Positions 48,246 through 52,843 of a stretch of 52,843 bases of DNA are shown here, one piece after another. The number at the start of each line of letters is the position of its first letter. The first letter of the stretch is position 1. This stretch comes from a virus (Duplodnaviria; Caudoviricetes). The stretch spans positions 1 to 52,843 of the IMG/VR virus record IMGVR_UViG_3300045789_000414. One strand, given 5' to 3'. A program made the position numbers and the translations under genes. The notes under the pieces are model-generated. The model was not told the origin of the DNA. It did not search any database and saw only the letters and a program-made list of their open reading frames with translations.

Positions 48246-49457
48246 TTAAGTACTGTTTAAGCTTTCTTTTAGCTGCTGATCTCGAAGTGATGATAAGCTC
48301 ATTGTGTGCCTTTCGACCTCTCCGTGTCGTTCGTGTATGTGTATTGATGACATATCTCGTCCTGACCTATATCCTTGCGCCGTGTGCCATGCGTCTTTAC
48401 TGGCTAAGGTTCTGAATGATTCCCACATACACCCCGCTAATTCCATTGAATTTTTAGAATGAATATGACCTGTGTACCAATACCGATGTTTAGTTTTACC
48501 CCAGTCCTCCGCCATATCTGTCGCCATCACACCGGATAGCTTCTCTGGCTTACAGCTATCGCCATGTGTAGAGCCGATTAACACCTCGCCATGCCGATAA
48601 AACCAAAATTTACTTGGTGAGTTATCAACGGTCACTCTTTTGTTATTCTCAAAGTAAAGGCTCAGTGCTAAGGCTAAAGCCTGGCTTGTATGTTCGTCAT
48701 GGTTTCCTATAACGTTTTTGACAATAACTCTCTTGTGTTTTTTTAGCGCCGAGTAAACGCACTCAATTAATGCCCTTGCGCCTATATTTAAAACTTTGTT
48801 CCATCTTGCGTCAGTGTCAACGTCTGTTCCTGCTGTGGTTGTACTGCTCTTTGAATCGGCGTGAAAGAAGTCACCAAGGTTTAGTATGATTGCAGTGTGT
48901 GAAGGCGGCGACCTATCGACTAGATTACGAACGGCGTCCTTTAAGTCCTTTTCTGCTATCTTCAAATCAAAAGATTCCCCACACTCTTGCGACCAAGCGA
49001 GCATACCAAAGTGTGGGTCACCCATAGGGTACACAGTTAACATTTCTTTATTGCTGGTCTTTGGTGACTTCACTAACTCACTTGTTGCCTTATAGCCCTC
49101 AAAGGCATCTTGGAATGAGTTGAGAACACTTGTTAATACTTGGTCTTTATCTGCCTTTGTTTTTACCCACTGTATTTTTAAGTTTCCAGCTTCGTCATAA
49201 AGTGTACTTGTGCCTGATACCGTAAAACCCTCTGCTGCTGGCTTGGTCATATCATTGGCAGGTGCATAACCTTTAGCCGCCGCTTTTGCTTTTAGTGACT
49301 TTAAAGACCTTTGATTACCCCTGTGATCTGTTCCTAGTAGTTTTGAAGCTTTGGTGAAGTTCATGTCACACTCAATTAGTGCGTCTATTATTCTTTCCTG
49401 CACAGGCGTTGCAAACTCTCTCAACCCGTTCAGGTATTCAACTGTGTCTTTAATCAC
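48246..49457 (-). CDS. Calcineurin-like metallophosphoesterase with N-terminal HTH-like region
   Basis: GDPHFG, LGDFFH, GNHD, HGD, GHIH motifs. Confidence 0.88.
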   Translation of the reverse strand: MIKDTVEYLNGLREFATPVQERIIDALIECDMNFTKASKLLGTDHRGNQRSLKSLKAKAAAKGYAPANDMTKPAAEGFTVSGTSTLYDEAGNLKIQWVKTKADKDQVLTSVLNSFQDAFEGYKATSELVKSPKTSNKEMLTVYPMGDPHFGMLAWSQECGESFDLKIAEKDLKDAVRNLVDRSPPSHTAIILNLGDFFHADSKSSTTTAGTDVDTDARWNKVLNIGARALIECVYSALKKHKRVIVKNVIGNHDEHTSQALALALSLYFENNKRVTVDNSPSKFWFYRHGEVLIGSTHGDSCKPEKLSGVMATDMAEDWGKTKHRYWYTGHIHSKNSMELAGCMWESFRTLASKDAWHTAQGYRSGRDMSSIHIHERHGEVERHTMSLSSLRDQQLKESLNST

Positions 49458-49668
49458 TTTCTCCCTCTATGTCAAAAGCTCCGCAGCAACACTCATTAGA
49501 GCTATACGCAGCGCATACACATATTCGTTTTAGTCCGCCAGTTTCCTTGTTTAGATCATATCCAGCTATGCCGAAATCCCCCTTTAATACTAATGTGGGG
49601 TATCTCTCATCGTCAGCCGTCAAGTAATAAGTAACTCCGTACGACTCGCCGCCGTTAATCACTTTCAA
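49450..49668 (-). CDS. Small hypothetical protein, Cys-rich C-terminus
   Basis: Coupled ORF. Confidence 0.55.
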   Translation of the reverse strand: MKVINGGESYGVTYYLTADDERYPTLVLKGDFGIAGYDLNKETGGLKRICVCAAYSSNECCCGAFDIEGESD

Positions 49669-49846
49669 CCTCAGCGCTAGGTGTATTTATCACTAAATTA
49701 AGTTTCTCCGTCAATTCATTGATAATCATTAAAGCTACCGCGGCATCTTCTTTTGATCTAGCGTAATCAGTGAAGTGAGTCTTTATATCCTCAATAGCTC
49801 TTGAGTATTCATCAATCACTATCCTTGTTTTGCTGCACATATTCAT
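49655..49846 (-). CDS. Small hypothetical protein
   Basis: Coupled ORF. Confidence 0.55.
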   Translation of the reverse strand: MNMCSKTRIVIDEYSRAIEDIKTHFTDYARSKEDAAVALMIINELTEKLNLVINTPSAEVESD

Positions 49847-49856
49847 AGTTTAACCC

Positions 49857-50522
49857 TCACATTTCTAAGTAAATTTTTAATTCTCTTATCTCAGCGTTAA
49901 ACATCTTACGCATAGCAATCAATTCATCACAATCCCAATCTACCACCCTGTCAACTTCGCAGTATTCGATAATTTCCTTTGCCCTTTCTTGACCAAATCT
50001 ATCTCTAAGACCTTGTAGATAACCGCGCGTGTTCTTATTACCGCTTATATTACCACTTAACCCCTTATTACAGTATCTATTGCATTGAAGATATGTATTT
50101 AATACGTCAAATCTTAGCTCACTTTGGCTTCCAACTGTCTTATAATGTCCACAGCACCAATCCATATTCGGCTTATTGCAGCTAATACACGTCGGCTCTA
50201 ATCCTCTATCCTTGAACCACTTAAATTCCTGCAATCGCCTAAGCTTGTTAAACACGGGCTGCGTGATTTTCAACTGATACGCTAAATCGCTTTCTTTAAA
50301 CTCGCGCTTCTTCTTGGCCCACGCTTTTTTGTCCTTAATGTGTTCTTTCCTTAACGACTGTGCTAATTTTCGTGATTTCTTCTCGTTAACCTCTTGTTGT
50401 TTCTTTCTAGCCCACTTAATCGCGTGATCTGTCGAACAGAAACAACCTATCCCCCACGTGACCATCAATTCAACTGGTGCGGATGACTTACAAAACTTGC
50501 ATTTTTTAGACTTACCCACCAT
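49857..50522 (-). CDS. ninG: NinG/Rap-family recombination endonuclease
   Basis: CKFC, CS.DHA, Q.VFN..RR, CISC...CGHY..VG....LRF...N...QC...CN..LSGN. Confidence 0.88.
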   Translation of the reverse strand: MVGKSKKCKFCKSSAPVELMVTWGIGCFCSTDHAIKWARKKQQEVNEKKSRKLAQSLRKEHIKDKKAWAKKKREFKESDLAYQLKITQPVFNKLRRLQEFKWFKDRGLEPTCISCNKPNMDWCCGHYKTVGSQSELRFDVLNTYLQCNRYCNKGLSGNISGNKNTRGYLQGLRDRFGQERAKEIIEYCEVDRVVDWDCDELIAMRKMFNAEIRELKIYLEM

Positions 50523-50662
50523 TTTTCTGACGGTCACATTAACCCCTAACGGGAATATATTTACTAATAACAACGCTATGTACCGCTATCAGTTCGAACG
50601 GGAATAATTTAGGTTTATTTAGCGTTTCATCAATCTTCGTTATATCATTCATTATCGGTCCT

Positions 50663-50833
50663 CTAGGTTTTAACTATAACAGCATCATCATACTGAACAA
50701 AATTAATATAGCCGTCATCCTCAATGCTTTTGTATTCATTACCAACATCACCAAGAAAGGGAACAGTATCGCCAATTTTGCCAGCATACCACCTGCTGCT
50801 ATCTGGGCATTGTGTTATTTTTAGCATTTCCAT
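50663..50833 (-). CDS. Small hypothetical protein (56 aa)
   Basis: Manual translation MEMLKITQCPDSSRWYAGKIG...GYINFVQYDDAVIVKT; AAGG RBS. Confidence 0.6.
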   Translation of the reverse strand: MEMLKITQCPDSSRWYAGKIGDTVPFLGDVGNEYKSIEDDGYINFVQYDDAVIVKT

Positions 50834-50867
50834 AATATTAACCTTTATTTTGACATCCTCCCCACGG

Positions 50868-51962
50868 CTAAATCCGGGGGATTCCTACTGCTAGACGCTC
50901 ATGCCCGAGCGCGAGAATGTTCTTTGCCGCATTAATATCTCTATCATGCGTCGTCCCACAGTCAGGACAAGACCATTCTCTTATTCCAAGTCCTGCTCTA
51001 CCTTTCGGACTGTTGGCGGAAATACTCCCGCAACACGAACAAGCTTGGGTACTGTACGCTTCGTTGACTTCTATAAACACGCCTTGCGTCGCTATCGACT
51101 TATATTCAAGTTGTGTTTTCAGCATTGCCCAGCCTGCATCCAAAACGGATTTCGCCATCCTGGTTTTTGCAAGACCGGACGCGCTGACGTTGCCAACGAC
51201 AATCAAACTGTTTTCTTTAACTAATTTGTTACTGAATTTATGGATCGCATCCTTGCGTCGGTTCTTAATCTTGGCTTGAATTGCCCTAACGCGCTTTTTA
51301 TCCTTAGCCCGTTGCGCTTTACCCAGCTTAACTTCACTATTACGGTAGCAATCCTGGCGTTCCAAAGTATCACCATTAGAACAAGTGGCAGTTGTCTTTA
51401 AACCAAGGTCAATGCCTATTTGACCGCCTTCTGCTTGCCTTATTTCAGCTTCAACATGAACAACAATATTGAAATACCATCTACCGCGTGAGTCCTGGCT
51501 AAAACAACCGGAGCGAAAATCAAACTGACTCAATCCATAACTATCCCATACTTTAAAGTAGTGACCAGCATAGCGGATTTGTCCATTAACCCATTTAGCA
51601 GCACCGGACTTAAAAGGAACCCAGCCTAATGCGCGTCTTGCTCCACCAGAACACCTCCAATTGAGCTTGTTTTTCTTAAACTGTTTTCTGGCTTTAGCAT
51701 GAACAGCAATAACTTCTTGAGCTGCCGTTGAGTCGATTATCATGCCGCGTTCTTTGCGGATGCCTTTTAAGTCTTTCATTAAATCAAATGCTGATGTACC
51801 GCAATTAATATAACCCACTTCTGGCACTGGAACCCAAGAATACTCAGAGGAATCCGCGTTAGCAGCGTTCCAAACCTGATTCACATCAAAAGCCATACGA
51901 TTCAATACACTAGCGTGTTTATCGCGAACTCTGACTGATAATGTTTTAACTATTGGTTTCAT
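50868..51962 (-). CDS. tnpB: TnpB RNA-guided endonuclease
   Basis: GIDLGLK (RuvC-I), CSCC...CPDC zinc finger, HDRDINAAKNI (RuvC-III). Confidence 0.95.
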   Translation of the reverse strand: MKPIVKTLSVRVRDKHASVLNRMAFDVNQVWNAANADSSEYSWVPVPEVGYINCGTSAFDLMKDLKGIRKERGMIIDSTAAQEVIAVHAKARKQFKKNKLNWRCSGGARRALGWVPFKSGAAKWVNGQIRYAGHYFKVWDSYGLSQFDFRSGCFSQDSRGRWYFNIVVHVEAEIRQAEGGQIGIDLGLKTTATCSNGDTLERQDCYRNSEVKLGKAQRAKDKKRVRAIQAKIKNRRKDAIHKFSNKLVKENSLIVVGNVSASGLAKTRMAKSVLDAGWAMLKTQLEYKSIATQGVFIEVNEAYSTQACSCCGSISANSPKGRAGLGIREWSCPDCGTTHDRDINAAKNILALGHERLAVGIPRI

Positions 51963-52008
51963 AGGTTATAATTGTACATTACTTTAATTAAATTGTACAT
52001 CAAATTTT

Positions 52009-52149
52009 ATGGCAAAACAGACTAAGCGCTTTCAAATACGAATGACACCTGAACTATTCTCACTTCTGCAAGAAGAAGCTAATAATCGTTCTATTTCAAT
52101 TGCCAAATTAATTGTATTGGCACTCACAGAATGGTTGCAAACTAAATAG
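52009..52149 (+). CDS. Ribbon-helix-helix (Arc/CopG-like) protein, 46 aa, inside the IS and divergent from tnpB
   Basis: Manual translation MAKQTKRFQIRMTPELFSLLQEEANNRSISIAKLIVLALTEWLQTK. Confidence 0.75.
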   Translation: MAKQTKRFQIRMTPELFSLLQEEANNRSISIAKLIVLALTEWLQTK

Positions 52150-52210
52150 ATCAAAAAGCACGCTTACATCCCCACCTGAAGGAAGGGGAATTACGCTCCG
52201 TTCGGTTAAA

Positions 52211-52266
52211 TTATAACTAGCGCATAAACCGGACGCAAAAGAGCGCCGGTTATGCGGGTGTTAGCT
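52211..52266 (+). other. attC site (56 bp)
   Basis: TTATAAC-TAGCGCATAAACCGGACGC-AAAAGA-GCGCCGGTTATGCGGGT-GTTAGCT. Confidence 0.85.
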
Positions 52267-52506
52267 GCCGCACTTCTCTGGCATCCCTTCATCATTAAAT
52301 TTGGGAGTAATGTATCCGCCAGCAGTGACACGCATTAGGTATTTATGTCCGTGTAGACACTGAACTGAAAAATCACTGTCACGGTACTCGTTATCCTTTA
52401 TGCGGTTGTCTATTTTTCCGCAACCAGTAACAGCTAACAAAGCAATCAGTGCGGACAAAGCAATCGCAGTTCTTTTAAAGTTTTTCATAATCTTCAGCTC
52501 TGTCAT
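52261..52506 (-). CDS. Small lipoprotein in an attC cassette
   Basis: Signal peptide MKNFKRTAIALSALIALLA with lipobox VTGC; stop within the R' box. Confidence 0.75.
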   Translation of the reverse strand: MTELKIMKNFKRTAIALSALIALLAVTGCGKIDNRIKDNEYRDSDFSVQCLHGHKYLMRVTAGGYITPKFNDEGMPEKCGS

Positions 52507-52531
52507 TTAATTAAAGTTAATCACCGGCTTT

Positions 52532-52555
52532 GCCAGCTATTTCGGGGTTAGGCGT
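52532..52555 (+). other. Internally deleted attC remnant
   Basis: CCAGCTA|TTTCGGG-GTTAGGCGT; CAGCTA echoes the upstream R' GTTAGCTG. Confidence 0.5.
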
Positions 52556-52843
52556 CTTGCATCTCAGCAAGCACACGATCAACATTAGCCTCAACAGCCA
52601 ATATACCTTCGATGATTGGCACAACTTCAAGAGGTCTATTTTTTCTTCTCCAATCGGAAACGTACATCCATCCCTCTTCGTTGGCTGCAAATTCTAAGTA
52701 CATGTCATCTTCGGTTGGGTCTGGGTACTTGAATGATATTGATACACCTGAGTAAGTCGGTTCATGTCTCTCTACATACTCCCTATCAATAACACAGTTT
52801 TCTACATTCTCAGCAAACCATGTAATTTTGTGTGTGCAATCAC
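52548..52843 (-). CDS. Hypothetical protein (107 aa) spanning the circular junction; starts at 97(-), ends at 52548
   Basis: Manual translation MEHLRVNKHCDC...VLAEMQDA* is open across the junction, with a GGAGAG RBS at 101-107; absent from the ORF track. Confidence 0.8.
   Translation of the reverse strand, partial: DCTHKITWFAENVENCVIDREYVERHEPTYSGVSISFKYPDPTEDDMYLEFAANEEGWMYVSDWRRKNRPLEVVPIIEGILAVEANVDRVLAEMQDA
52775..52843. repeat. Terminal direct repeat (copy 2)
   Basis: Identical to 1-69. Confidence 0.95.

Larger units (their letters stand above)
50850..52205 (-). mobile_element. Non-autonomous IS200/IS605-family (IS1341-like) element
   Basis: Left end TTTAA|CCGAACGGAGCGTAATTCCCCTTCCTTCAGGTGGGGATG; right end GAATCCCCCGGATTTAGCCGTGGGAGGATGTCAA; no tnpA. 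Confidence 0.85.

Noticed and set aside
50868-51962. Cas12f/CRISPR system or nuclease-dead TldR
   Set aside because: No CRISPR array, both IS ends are present, and the RuvC-I/III aspartates plus an alternative glutamate are retained.

Overview
The window is a complete, circularly assembled genome (52,774 bp plus a 69-bp terminal overlap) of a tailed dsDNA podovirus-type phage, probably infecting a Gammaproteobacterium. Two early/accessory arms are transcribed divergently from a ~600-bp non-coding region at 4.8-5.4 kb. They carry NinB/NinG-like proteins, two N6/N4 DNA methylases, a Cro-like HTH, HNH proteins, RecT, an SSB-like protein, ASCH, a HigB/HigA-type toxin-antitoxin pair, a metallophosphoesterase and a solo TnpB element. 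The morphogenesis block runs TerS, TerL, portal, scaffold, major capsid, adaptor/nozzle, tail fibre, ejection proteins, a 3228-aa polyvalent protein and lysis genes. No integrase or CI-type repressor was recognised. The main unexplained structure is a set of integron attC-like sites in both accessory arms: 8 well-formed sites plus several degenerate or truncated ones. They bracket single-gene units whose core sites match as 9-10 bp inverted pairs, the signature of integrated gene cassettes. The genome encodes no integron integrase. Nearly all cassette genes are typical phage genes lying antisense to their attC, with the TAA stop inside the R' box, and attC polarity flips at the central divergent region. 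This suggests a phage that uses a host integron integrase to shuffle its own accessory genes. All product calls come from motif recognition by eye; no database searches were run.
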